This document shows positions 26,706 to 35,144 of a stretch of DNA of 64,000 nucleotides, piece after piece. The position numbers and the translations under genes are program-made. This DNA is from Candidatus Nanopelagicales bacterium (GTDB lineage Bacteria > Actinomycetota > Actinomycetes > S36-B12): assembly GCA_044375955.1 (NCBI GenBank), contig JBILLS010000001.1:108912-172911 (forward strand), given 5' to 3'. How positions within the stretch are numbered: the stretch's first letter is position 1; every line of letters starts with the position of its first letter. The notes beneath the pieces are model-generated. The model made no database searches. It saw nothing but the letters and a program-made list of their open reading frames with translations, and was not told where the DNA came from.

Positions 26706-27152
26706 CTACTCGGCGACGACCTCGAAGGACACCGTGGCCACGACGTCGGGGTGCAGGGTGACCGTTGCCTTGTGGGCACCGACGGTCTTCACTGCACCCT
26801 TCAGTGTCACCTTGCGCTTGTCCACGAGCGGTCCGCCCGACGCCCGCACTGCGGTGGCGACATCGACGTTGGTCACGGAACCGAAGAGCTTGCCGGTGTC
26901 GCCCGCCTTCGCAGGCACACGCACAGCAAGGCCCTCGATCTGCGCCTTGACCTCGAGCGCGTGATCACGGTCGCGGATCTCGCGCTGCTTGCGTGCCCGC
27001 TTGATCTGCGTGACCTGCTTCTCGCCACCCCTCGTCCACGCGACAGCAAGTCCGCGGGGGAGAAGGAAGTTACGGCCGTAGCCGTCCTTGACCTCGACGA
27101 CGTCACCCGGATTGCCGAGGCCCGTTACTGATTCGGTGAGGATGAGTTTCAT
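26706..27152 (-). CDS. rplI: 50S ribosomal protein L9
   Basis: 148 aa. [36 protein letters not shown] is the canonical L9 N-terminus. Confidence 0.95.
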   Translation of the reverse strand: MKLILTESVTGLGNPGDVVEVKDGYGRNFLLPRGLAVAWTRGGEKQVTQIKRARKQREIRDRDHALEVKAQIEGLAVRVPAKAGDTGKLFGSVTNVDVATAVRASGGPLVDKRKVTLKGAVKTVGAHKATVTLHPDVVATVSFEVVAE

Positions 27153-27161
27153 CGTCGCTCC

Positions 27162-27422
27162 CTACCGTGCGTTCGAGGTGTAGGGGAGCAGAGCCACTTC
27201 GCGGGCGTTCTTCACTGCCATCGCGACGTCGCGCTGATGGCGGGTGCAGTTGCCCGTGACGCGGCGAGCCCGGATCTTGCCGCGGTCGGAGATGTACTTG
27301 CGCAGCAAGTTCACGTCCTTGTAGTCGATCGGAGGAACACCCTCCTTGCAGAATGGGCAGGCCTTCGCCTTGACCATCCGCTTGTCTTCCCTTACGCGTT
27401 CGCGCTTGTTGTCGCGTCCCAT
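27162..27422 (-). CDS. rpsR: 30S ribosomal protein S18
   Basis: I moved the start to ATG 27420-27422, preceded by [34 protein letters not shown] is the S18 signature. Confidence 0.9.
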   Translation of the reverse strand: MGRDNKRERVREDKRMVKAKACPFCKEGVPPIDYKDVNLLRKYISDRGKIRARRVTGNCTRHQRDVAMAVKNAREVALLPYTSNAR

Positions 27423-27448
27423 GAAGTTCTCCTGTTGGTAGGTGCTGT

Positions 27449-27925
27449 CTAGAAGGGGGGCTCGTCGAAGCCGCCCGCAGGCGGTGCCGAGGACCACGGA
27501 TCGTCGGCGGGTGCGGCTCCGCCGCCACCGTTGTCGCCGGAGAATCCACCACCGGACCGCTGCACGCGGTTGACCTTGGCGGTGGCATAGCGCAGGGCAG
27601 GACCGACATCGTCGACGTCGATCTCCATCACCGTGCGCTTCTCACCCTCGCGGGTCTCATAGCTGCGCTGCTTCAGGCGGCCGGTCACGATCACGCGGGT
27701 TCCCTTGGTCAGGGACTCGGCCACGTTCTCGGCGTACTGCCGCCACACGCTGCACCGCAGATATGTGGTGTCGCCGTCTTTCCACTCGTTCGTGGCCTTG
27801 TCCAGCACGCGGCTGCTCGAGGCGACGGTGAACGAGGCGACGGCCGCGCCACTCGGCGTGAACCGCAACTCCGGATCGTTGGTGAGGTTCCCCACCACGG
27901 TCACGGTGATGTCGCCGGCGGCCAT
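27449..27925 (-). CDS. ssb: single-stranded DNA-binding protein
   Basis: 158 aa with an OB-fold N-terminus, a Gly-rich linker and an acidic tail ending DEPPF. Confidence 0.95.
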   Translation of the reverse strand: MAAGDITVTVVGNLTNDPELRFTPSGAAVASFTVASSSRVLDKATNEWKDGDTTYLRCSVWRQYAENVAESLTKGTRVIVTGRLKQRSYETREGEKRTVMEIDVDDVGPALRYATAKVNRVQRSGGGFSGDNGGGGAAPADDPWSSAPPAGGFDEPPF

Positions 27926-28221
27926 CAGGCCTTCACCGGCTCAGGACGGGTCACCTTGGTGCGCATGACCGCTTCGTTGAGGTTGAGCTGGCGGTCCAAC
28001 TCGGCGACGGCTGCAGGGGTTGCAGTGACATCGAGCACCGCGTAGATGCCCTCGTTCCTGTGGTTGATCTCGTAGGCGAGCCGGCGACGTCCCCAGACGT
28101 CGACCTTGCGCACCTCGCCACCGTCGGCCTTCACCACGTTCAGGAAGGCCTCGAGGCTGGGGGCGATGGTCTTCTCCTCGAGATCTGGATCGAGGATCAC
28201 CATGACTTCGTAATGGCGCAC
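27925..28221 (-). CDS. rpsF: 30S ribosomal protein S6
   Basis: 98 aa with a GTG start preceded by AAGGAGGTG. The N-terminus [11 protein letters not shown] is the S6 N-terminus. TGATG overlap with ssb. Confidence 0.95.
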   Translation of the reverse strand: MRHYEVMVILDPDLEEKTIAPSLEAFLNVVKADGGEVRKVDVWGRRRLAYEINHRNEGIYAVLDVTATPAAVAELDRQLNLNEAVMRTKVTRPEPVKA

Positions 28222-28227
28222 GAAACA

Positions 28228-28277
28228 CCCACCTCCTTTGGACTCAGCGGCCCCGGACCTATTCCGGAGCAGGAGGG
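28228..28277 (-). promoter_or_regulatory. candidate rpsF 5' leader structure (SD-sequestering helix)
   Basis: The minus-strand RNA is CCUCCU-GCUCCGGA-AUAGG-UCCGGGGC-CGCUGAGUCCAA-AGGAGG. An 8-bp inner hairpin is enclosed by a 6-bp helix that pairs an anti-SD with the rpsF SD. Confidence 0.4.
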
Positions 28278-28412
28278 CTACATGCGTGCCGCGAACGGCT
28301 CGGCAAGGTTACCGGCCTGATCCACAGGCGTGAAATCGAGTCTTGTCGGTCGGGGGCTCGGCGGTCAGGGTTCGAGGATGGTGACGGGGCCGACGAACGC
28401 GATCCCCGGTGG

Positions 28413-28432
28413 TTGGTACCGAAATTGGTACC
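28413..28432. promoter_or_regulatory. repeated TTGGTACC motif, candidate antitoxin operator
   Basis: TTGGTACC-GAAA-TTGGTACC ends 14 nt upstream of the RHH antitoxin ATG. Each unit contains the palindrome GGTACC. Confidence 0.4.
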
Positions 28433-28446
28433 ATTCTCCGGTGGCC

Positions 28447-28716
28447 ATGAACCTACGACTGCCCCAGGAGCTGGCCGAGTCGCTGCGGTCCCTCGCTGAG
28501 GAGACGGGTCGGTCCCAGCAGGAGCTCGCCCGCGAGGCGCTCGAGGAATACGTCCGTGACTATCGGCTTCGCGCTTACCCCAAGGAAATCCGGCACCTGA
28601 TTACCCCCGCTCGGAGCGAGACCCTCGATCCGGACCTGGTAGCGCGCATTCGGAGCATGGGCAGGTCCGCGTGGGAGGACGCCCACGTGTGGGACCGTGG
28701 CGGGGACTTCCGGTGA
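28447..28716 (+). CDS. vapB: ribbon-helix-helix (CopG-type) antitoxin
   Basis: I moved the start to ATG 28447. MNLRLPQELAESLRSLAEETGRSQQELAREALEEYV is an RHH motif. 89 aa, with a GTGA overlap onto the PIN gene. Confidence 0.8.
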   Translation: MNLRLPQELAESLRSLAEETGRSQQELAREALEEYVRDYRLRAYPKEIRHLITPARSETLDPDLVARIRSMGRSAWEDAHVWDRGGDFR

Positions 28717-29078
28717 TCACCTATGTCGATTCCAGTGCGGTGCTCGCCCGAGTCTTCGAGGAGGACCCACAGGTATCCCTCGAAGGCCACTCCACAGTCA
28801 CCTCAGAGTTGACCGTCGTCGAGGTAGCGCGGCGCATGCTCCACAAAGGCTTTCCCGGCGACCCGTGGATTGAAGTGAATGGTGCCCTTGCCAACATCGC
28901 GCTGCTCGCTATCGATCCGGTCATCATCGCGCAGGCTGCAACACTGCCCGTGCGCCATCTCAGATCACTGGATGCGCTCCACATTGCGAGCGCACTGAGC
29001 GCTCGCGTTGACCTCGTCGTCACACTCGACCGTCAGATGCAGCGTGCGTGCACGGAACTCGGTCTCGCCGTCGCATGA
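28713..29078 (+). CDS. vapC: PIN-domain toxin (VapC-like ribonuclease)
   Basis: GTG start at 28713 (VITYVDSS). 121 aa with acidic residues in the expected PIN positions (D in YVDSS, E in SELTVVE, D in SLDALHIA, D in TLDRQ). Confidence 0.8.
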   Translation: MITYVDSSAVLARVFEEDPQVSLEGHSTVTSELTVVEVARRMLHKGFPGDPWIEVNGALANIALLAIDPVIIAQAATLPVRHLRSLDALHIASALSARVDLVVTLDRQMQRACTELGLAVA

Positions 29079-29123
29079 CTTTCGTCCCTTGAATACGCCT
29101 GCCTGCGCTGCGACAGTGGCGGG

Positions 29124-30365
29124 ATGTATCAGGATCGCGCACACGCCGGCCGGGAACTCGCCCGGTCATTGACTGGCTACACCGACGCACTCGTTCTCGG
29201 TCTCGCACGTGGTGGCGTTCCCGTGGCCGCCGAGGTTGCACGTGCCCTACACGCACCGCTCGACGTCCTCGTCGTACGGAAACTCGGTGCATCGTGGAAT
29301 CCTGAGTTCGGATTCGGCGCCGCCGGTGAAGGTGGTGTCACCGCGGTCGACGACGATGTTCGCCAACGTGTCGGAGTCGACGACGCGACACTGCAACATC
29401 TGATCTCAGATGCTCAGCACGAGATCGATCGGCGCGTTGCCCGGTACCGACCCGGACGATCACTTCTCCCCGTCGAAGCCAGCACGGTGCTCGTCGTCGA
29501 TGACGGCCTCGCCACGGGATCCACGGCGATGGCCGCCGTGAAGGTGCTGCGGGCCCTCGGTGCAGGGCGCATCGTCGTCGCGGTTCCGGTGGGATCCCGT
29601 GATGCGATCGCACGCGTGCGTGCCGTCGCCGATGACGTCGTATGCGTCGAGACACCCGAGTGGTTCGAGGCCGTGGGGTCGCACTACGCCGACTTCGGTC
29701 AGACCACCGACGAGGAGGTTGTGGCGCTGCTGCACCAGAACTTCCCCCTGCCCGGCGAGCTCACCATCCCCCCGAACGCGCGCATGGTGGTTGCGTTCGC
29801 CCACGGCAGCGGCAGCAGCCGCCTCAGTCCGCGCAATAGGAAGGTGGCCGCCTCACTGAATTCGCGTGGACTCGGCACCTATCTCTTCGATCTGCTGACC
29901 GAGGACGAAGCCGCGGATCGGACGAACGTCTTCGACATCGGTTTGCTCGCCACCCGGGTGACCTGGGCCATCGACTGGTTGCGCCGTGAGCACCCGCATC
30001 TGGACATCGGGCTCTTCGGTGCGAGCACGGGGGCGGCGGCGGCACTGGTCGCGGCCAGTGAGCGACCCGCTGACGTCGCTGCTGTGGTGTCGCGCGGGGG
30101 TCGACCCGACCTCGCCGGCGATGCGCTCGCGCACGTGGTCGCTCCGACCCTGCTCATCGTGGGCGGTCGTGACTACGACGTGATCGGACTCAACTCCGAC
30201 GCGGCCCGGCAGATGACCTGCGAGCATCGGATCGAGATCGTTCCGGGCGCAACACACCTGTTCGAGGAACCGGGGTCCATGGACCACGTGTCCGACCTGG
30301 CCGCGGACTGGTTTCAGGCCCACATACCTGTCCGCCTACAGGCTGGTGCGGTCGAGTTGCGTTGA
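29124..30365 (+). CDS. phosphoribosyltransferase-domain / alpha-beta hydrolase (dienelactone hydrolase-like) fusion protein
   Basis: 413 aa. The N-terminal half has a PRTase fold (VLVVDDGLATGSTA PRPP loop). The C-terminal half is hydrolase-like (AFAHGSGSSR, LFGASTGAAAA, VPGATHLFEEPG). Confidence 0.8.
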   Translation: MYQDRAHAGRELARSLTGYTDALVLGLARGGVPVAAEVARALHAPLDVLVVRKLGASWNPEFGFGAAGEGGVTAVDDDVRQRVGVDDATLQHLISDAQHEIDRRVARYRPGRSLLPVEASTVLVVDDGLATGSTAMAAVKVLRALGAGRIVVAVPVGSRDAIARVRAVADDVVCVETPEWFEAVGSHYADFGQTTDEEVVALLHQNFPLPGELTIPPNARMVVAFAHGSGSSRLSPRNRKVAASLNSRGLGTYLFDLLTEDEAADRTNVFDIGLLATRVTWAIDWLRREHPHLDIGLFGASTGAAAALVAASERPADVAAVVSRGGRPDLAGDALAHVVAPTLLIVGGRDYDVIGLNSDAARQMTCEHRIEIVPGATHLFEEPGSMDHVSDLAADWFQAHIPVRLQAGAVELR

Positions 30366-33077
30366 GGGCGCTCCCTCACCCACCGTGTTCTCAGCGACGA
30401 CGGTGATCCAGACAAGCTGTCCGGATGTGAGACCGGTCAGGGTGCAGGACGTCTCAGGTGCTTTCGAGATACAGGTCTGAAGAACGCGACCATCGACCTT
30501 CTTGTCCGTCGCCCGGACGATGTAACGACGTATCGCGAAGCCACCATCCGCACTCGGGGGAATCCATGATGCGAGCAGGGCACCCGGCTGCTGCGTCACG
30601 CGGAAGTCACGCGGCGCGCCAGGGGGGGATGGCAGGGGTTCCACCATCACTCGCGCGAGAACCCGGCTCCTGCCTGCTTCGTTGATCGCCACCGCATCGA
30701 TCCAATAGGGCTCGTAGTTGGCAAGATCTGCGAGCTCACAGGTGCCGATGCTGTCGCGATTTCCCAGCACAACGGAGCAGGTGGAGGCGACTTTGCCGGC
30801 CTTCTCTTTGGTCCAGGCGCGAAACCGCAGGGTCACTTCGACTGCACCCCCGTCGGTCGCCGGGAGGAATGCTTCGGCAGTGACATGGTCGTCACCGGGG
30901 TGCACCACGAATCCACGGGGCTCACTCGGCGGACCACCAGACATCGGGACGCCGATCGGAGTCGACGCGACAGTGCTGAAGGTGTTCGCACTCGTGACGG
31001 TGACGTCGTACGTCGCCGATGGCTTCAGGCCCGTGATGTCGCAGGTGAACCGATAGGACCACGGATCCACGCCCCTCGGGACCTGAGGTTCGAAGATGGT
31101 GCACCTCGCGCTCTGCGACGTCACTCGGTCCTTGGCCACGGCCTCGAAGATCTGGACCGGCACCCCCTGATCGTCCGCAGGACGAAGCCAACTCACGGTC
31201 AGGACTCGACCGCTCGGACTCGCGGCCACCGCCCGGGGAGCACCGGGTGCACCAGGCACGAAAACCTGGGCGCGCGGGGATGACGCCGCACTGCTTCCTG
31301 CCGTGGTTGTCGCCACGACACTGATGTAGGCATACCCGTCGAGGCCGGTGATCAGACACGTATCGCCCGTCGCCGTGCACGTGCCCAGGGTTTGCGTCCC
31401 GGTGGGCGTCGCGTATGCGGTGGCCGTGTAACGGGTGATCGCGTAGCCCCCATCCGAGGGTGGAGTCTGCCAGCGGACACGCACCCCACTTCCCTCTAGC
31501 ACCGCCGTCACTGTGCGCGGAGCGTCCGGTGCCGCTGCAGTGAACACCCGGACGCGCGGCGACGAGGCGGGACTAACGAAGCGTGAGTTCGTCGCGGTGA
31601 CATCTACGAAATAGGCAGACCCATTCGGCAGTGGTCCGAGATTGCATCGAAGGGATGAGAGAGGGTTCGGTTCACATGTGGTGATCGGATCCCCACCTTC
31701 CGCATCCCGGTAGGCACGGACCACGTAGCGCTGGATCGCCGAACCACCCGTGTCGGCAGGCGCACGCCAACTCACCGCGGCGAATCCGTTTCCTGCGGTG
31801 GCCGCGACTTCGCGCGGCGCGCTCGGCGCGCCCAGCCGGCTCACCGACACGAAGCTGGACGCAGGTCCGTCCCCGCTGCTCGCCGTTGCGAAAACGGACA
31901 CGTAGTACGTGGTGCCATTGTCGAGGCCGGTGATCGTGCAGCCAAGGCCAGTTCCTGTACACGAGCCGATCACAGCAGCGGAGCTGGTCGCCGAGGCCCG
32001 GATTTGAGCCGTGTAGGAGGTGACGCTGGTCGCATCGGTCGCGGGAGCTTGCCACTCAACACTCACCGAGCCATCACCGCGCGTGGCCGTGACCGATCGG
32101 GGTGCGCTGGGGCTTCCACCGGGTGTCGCCGCGATCCGATCCGACGACGCCCCATCACCGGCAGTGTTCGTCGCATACACGGCCACGTAGTACGTGGTTC
32201 CGTTGGTGAGCGGCTTTATCTGACACGACGTGCCCGTGGTCTCGCAGAAATCGATGACGGACCCTCCTGACGCAGCACTCCACGCCTGTGCGCGATAGCC
32301 CGTGATCGCACTACCTCCGTTCGACGACGGCGCACTCCAGCGCGCGGTGATGGACGTATCCGCCACCGTGGTGCTGACGCTGGTGGGTGCGGTAGGAACG
32401 CCTGCACTCGTCGTTCCTGCGACTCGCGAGGAGTCCGAGTTAGCTCCGGCAGGAGCAGATACCTGCACCGCCACCCAGTACTGCGTGTTTCCATTCAGGC
32501 TCCCGATCGCACAGGACGTTGATGACGTCGTGCAGGAACTCACGACAGTCCCACCTGTCTCCGCGCTGTACGCGGTCGCGATGTAGGCGGTCGCACCGCT
32601 CGCGGCGGTCCAACTCGCCGTGAGAGTGGATGCGGTAGGGCTGCCGACGGTTACACCGGCGGGGGGTGGGATCGCGGTTGTCGACGTCGCAACACGGGGG
32701 GAGGATGCCGGACCCGTTCCACTGGCATTGCGAGCGGTTACCGAGACCCAGTACCGGGTGTTGGTGCGCAGCGACTCGATGTAGCACCAATTGAACGATG
32801 AGATCGTGCAGGATCCGGCGGTAGCACCGCCAGACTCCGCATCGAATGCGGTCGCGGTGTATCCCAAGATGCCGGTTTCGGGAACTCCGGTCCAATCGAC
32901 CCTCAGCGAGGTAGTGCTCCACGGTTCCGCCCTCACGGAGGTAGGAGCTGGAGGGACGCTGGCGTGCGCTGCGGGAACCACGAGGAAGGGAAGGGTCAGA
33001 CCGGCAGCGAGGATGCTCGCCCATGCCCGCCCGTTCACCGGTGCCTCCCTGAAACACGTGATTGCGTCTGCCACCAT
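30336..33077 (-). CDS. secreted protein with nine tandem fibronectin type III modules
   Basis: 913 aa. The signal peptide ends PAAHA/SV. Nine ~95-aa FN3 units follow (P..P..V....S..V.W..P...G..I..Y), each with a Cys pair. No LPXTG motif or TM anchor. Confidence 0.85.
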   Translation of the reverse strand: MVADAITCFREAPVNGRAWASILAAGLTLPFLVVPAAHASVPPAPTSVRAEPWSTTSLRVDWTGVPETGILGYTATAFDAESGGATAGSCTISSFNWCYIESLRTNTRYWVSVTARNASGTGPASSPRVATSTTAIPPPAGVTVGSPTASTLTASWTAASGATAYIATAYSAETGGTVVSSCTTSSTSCAIGSLNGNTQYWVAVQVSAPAGANSDSSRVAGTTSAGVPTAPTSVSTTVADTSITARWSAPSSNGGSAITGYRAQAWSAASGGSVIDFCETTGTSCQIKPLTNGTTYYVAVYATNTAGDGASSDRIAATPGGSPSAPRSVTATRGDGSVSVEWQAPATDATSVTSYTAQIRASATSSAAVIGSCTGTGLGCTITGLDNGTTYYVSVFATASSGDGPASSFVSVSRLGAPSAPREVAATAGNGFAAVSWRAPADTGGSAIQRYVVRAYRDAEGGDPITTCEPNPLSSLRCNLGPLPNGSAYFVDVTATNSRFVSPASSPRVRVFTAAAPDAPRTVTAVLEGSGVRVRWQTPPSDGGYAITRYTATAYATPTGTQTLGTCTATGDTCLITGLDGYAYISVVATTTAGSSAASSPRAQVFVPGAPGAPRAVAASPSGRVLTVSWLRPADDQGVPVQIFEAVAKDRVTSQSARCTIFEPQVPRGVDPWSYRFTCDITGLKPSATYDVTVTSANTFSTVASTPIGVPMSGGPPSEPRGFVVHPGDDHVTAEAFLPATDGGAVEVTLRFRAWTKEKAGKVASTCSVVLGNRDSIGTCELADLANYEPYWIDAVAINEAGRSRVLARVMVEPLPSPPGAPRDFRVTQQPGALLASWIPPSADGGFAIRRYIVRATDKKVDGRVLQTCISKAPETSCTLTGLTSGQLVWITVVAENTVGEGAPSTQLDRTSL

Positions 33078-33171
33078 AGATGGCTTTGGTTACGGCCACC
33101 TATGCCGTGTGTGGCTGTGACGGCAATGACCGTGGAACAGTTCCATGCTCGTCGCTGCGTAGTGTGACTCC

Positions 33172-33957
33172 GTGCGGATCGCGACCTGGAACGTCAATTC
33201 GGTCACCGCACGTCTCGAGCGGATCCTCGAGTGGTTGGAATCCGCGCAACCGGATGTCGTCGCCCTGCAGGAACTGAAGTGCACCTCCGATGCGTTCCCG
33301 TCGCTGCCGATCGAAGGCCTGGGCTACGAGTGCGCGACCCTGGGGACCGGGCGGTGGAATGGGGTGGCGATCCTGTCCCGGGTGGGACTCTCCGATGTCA
33401 CCCTCGGCCTGACCGGGCAACCCGATTTCGAGGGCGAGGCCGAGCCGCGCGCAATCGGTGCCACCTGCGACGGGGTTCGGATCTGGAGTCTCTACGTCCC
33501 GAACGGGCGCGAGCCCGGCCACGCGCACTACGACTACAAGCTTGCGTGGCTGTCGACACTGAAGACCACCGCCTCGACGGATATGGCGGCGCATCCGGAT
33601 CTTCCCTTCGCGTTGATCGGTGATTTCAACATCGCACCGAGGGATACCGACGTCTGGGACATCTCCCTGTTCGCGGAGTCGACGCACGTGACACCCGCGG
33701 AGCGCGCCGCACTCGCCGACGTCGAGTCGGTCGGCTTGCAGGAAGTGATGCCGCGTGCACTGAAGGGCGAGCCCTTCACATTCTGGGACTACCGGAATGG
33801 TGCATTCCACCGCGGGTGGGGGATGCGCATCGACCTGGTGCTCGCCAACGATGCGTTCCGCTCGTCGGTACGCGATGCGTACGTGGATCGCGAGGCCCGC
33901 AAGGGCAAAGGTGCATCCGACCATGCGCCCGTCGTCGTCGACCTGGACCTGCCATGA
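33172..33957 (+). CDS. xthA: exodeoxyribonuclease III
   Basis: 261 aa with a GTG start. MRIATWNVNS...DVVALQELKC and C-terminal SDHAPVVVDL are the EEP-family ExoIII motifs. Confidence 0.9.
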   Translation: MRIATWNVNSVTARLERILEWLESAQPDVVALQELKCTSDAFPSLPIEGLGYECATLGTGRWNGVAILSRVGLSDVTLGLTGQPDFEGEAEPRAIGATCDGVRIWSLYVPNGREPGHAHYDYKLAWLSTLKTTASTDMAAHPDLPFALIGDFNIAPRDTDVWDISLFAESTHVTPAERAALADVESVGLQEVMPRALKGEPFTFWDYRNGAFHRGWGMRIDLVLANDAFRSSVRDAYVDREARKGKGASDHAPVVVDLDLP

Positions 33958-35108
33958 CGCTGACCGTGCGGGCGATCAGTGCCGAGCAGCACGCGGCGTG
34001 GGTTGCGCAGCAACTATCCGTCTCCTTCCTTCAGGTGCCGGAGTGGGGTCGGGTCAAGGTGGGGTGGCGACCGCAGTCCGTCGGCTGGTTCGACGGAGAC
34101 ACCCTCGTGGCGGCGGCACTGGTCCTGCACCGACCCATTCCGCGCGTACCGCGTCGTTCCCTCGCCTACATCCCCGAAGGTCCGCCCATCGATTGGACGG
34201 GAACGGACCAGCCGCGCTACCGCCTCGACGATTGGGTGGCACCGCTTCTCCGTCACTGCAAGGACTCCGGCGCCTTCCAGGTGAAGATGGGTCCACCCGT
34301 GGCCCTACGCCGCTGGGATGACGAGACCGTCAAGTCCGCGCTCGCGGATGCGGCGCACGCGCAGTGGCCGCGCAGCCTCGGTGAGGTCCTCGCAACCTGG
34401 CACTCCGGTCCAGGTACCCGAGTCGTCGAGTATTTGCGCGCCCACGGATGGCGGCAGGAACCGTCGACGGGTGCGGGCTTCGGCGACGTACAACCGCGCT
34501 ACGTCTTCCAACTCCCCCTGGCCGGTCGCTCCCTCGACGACGTGTGGGCAGGGTTCAACCAGCAGTGGCGCCGCAATATCCGCAAGGCCGAGAAGGCCGA
34601 AGTCGTGACGTCCCTGGGAACCCGGGACGATCTCCCCTCGTTCCACGCCGTCTACACGGAGACCGCGCGACGCGATCACTTCACACCGCGCGGACTCGAG
34701 TACTTCCAGCGGCTCTGGGATTCCTTCCACAATCCAGCCCGGAACTACTCGGAGTTGTCCCTGCACTGCGCGCGCATCCACGACCGTCTCGTCGCAGCCT
34801 CGCTGATGATCCGCATCGGAGACCACGCCTGGTACACCTACGGGGCATCCACGGGCGCCGATCGCGAGGCACGACCCTCGAATGCCCTCCAGTGGCACAT
34901 GGTCACCCACGCGCACTCGACCGGCTGCTCCATCTACGACATGCGCGGCATCTCCGACACCCTCGATCCGCAGAACCACCTCATCGGGCTCGTCCAGTTC
35001 AAGGTGGGCAGTGGTGGCTACGCCCAGGAATACGCCGGGGAATGGGACTTCCGGCTGCGCTCCGGGTGGGCACGCGCGTACGAGCTCTATCAAAAGCGGC
35101 GCGGTTGA
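33954..35108 (+). CDS. FemAB-family peptidoglycan bridge-formation aminoacyltransferase (FemX-like)
   Basis: I moved the start to ATG 33954 (ATGA overlap with xthA). 384 aa with FLQVPEWGRVK and later GNALQWHMV-type FemAB features. The longest ORF adds 46 Arg-rich codons. Confidence 0.75.
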   Translation: MTLTVRAISAEQHAAWVAQQLSVSFLQVPEWGRVKVGWRPQSVGWFDGDTLVAAALVLHRPIPRVPRRSLAYIPEGPPIDWTGTDQPRYRLDDWVAPLLRHCKDSGAFQVKMGPPVALRRWDDETVKSALADAAHAQWPRSLGEVLATWHSGPGTRVVEYLRAHGWRQEPSTGAGFGDVQPRYVFQLPLAGRSLDDVWAGFNQQWRRNIRKAEKAEVVTSLGTRDDLPSFHAVYTETARRDHFTPRGLEYFQRLWDSFHNPARNYSELSLHCARIHDRLVAASLMIRIGDHAWYTYGASTGADREARPSNALQWHMVTHAHSTGCSIYDMRGISDTLDPQNHLIGLVQFKVGSGGYAQEYAGEWDFRLRSGWARAYELYQKRRG

Positions 35109-35144
35109 CACCCGTGATGCACCCGAGGGGATAGAAAGAGTCCG

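Noticed and set aside
29124-30365. PRTase-domain protein next to a TA module, considered as a possible phage-defence effector (PRTase effectors occur in some retron-type systems).
   Set aside because: There is no reverse transcriptase, ncRNA-like repeat, nuclease or other defence partner nearby. The PRTase-hydrolase fusion appears to be a conserved housekeeping-type actinobacterial architecture. I kept it only as a low-interest note.
30336-33077. ~285-nt periodicity in the FN3 gene, considered as a DNA tandem repeat or CRISPR-like array.
   Set aside because: The periodicity exists at the protein-domain level only. The units are divergent at the nucleotide level and lie in one continuous ORF, with no short exact repeats and spacers.
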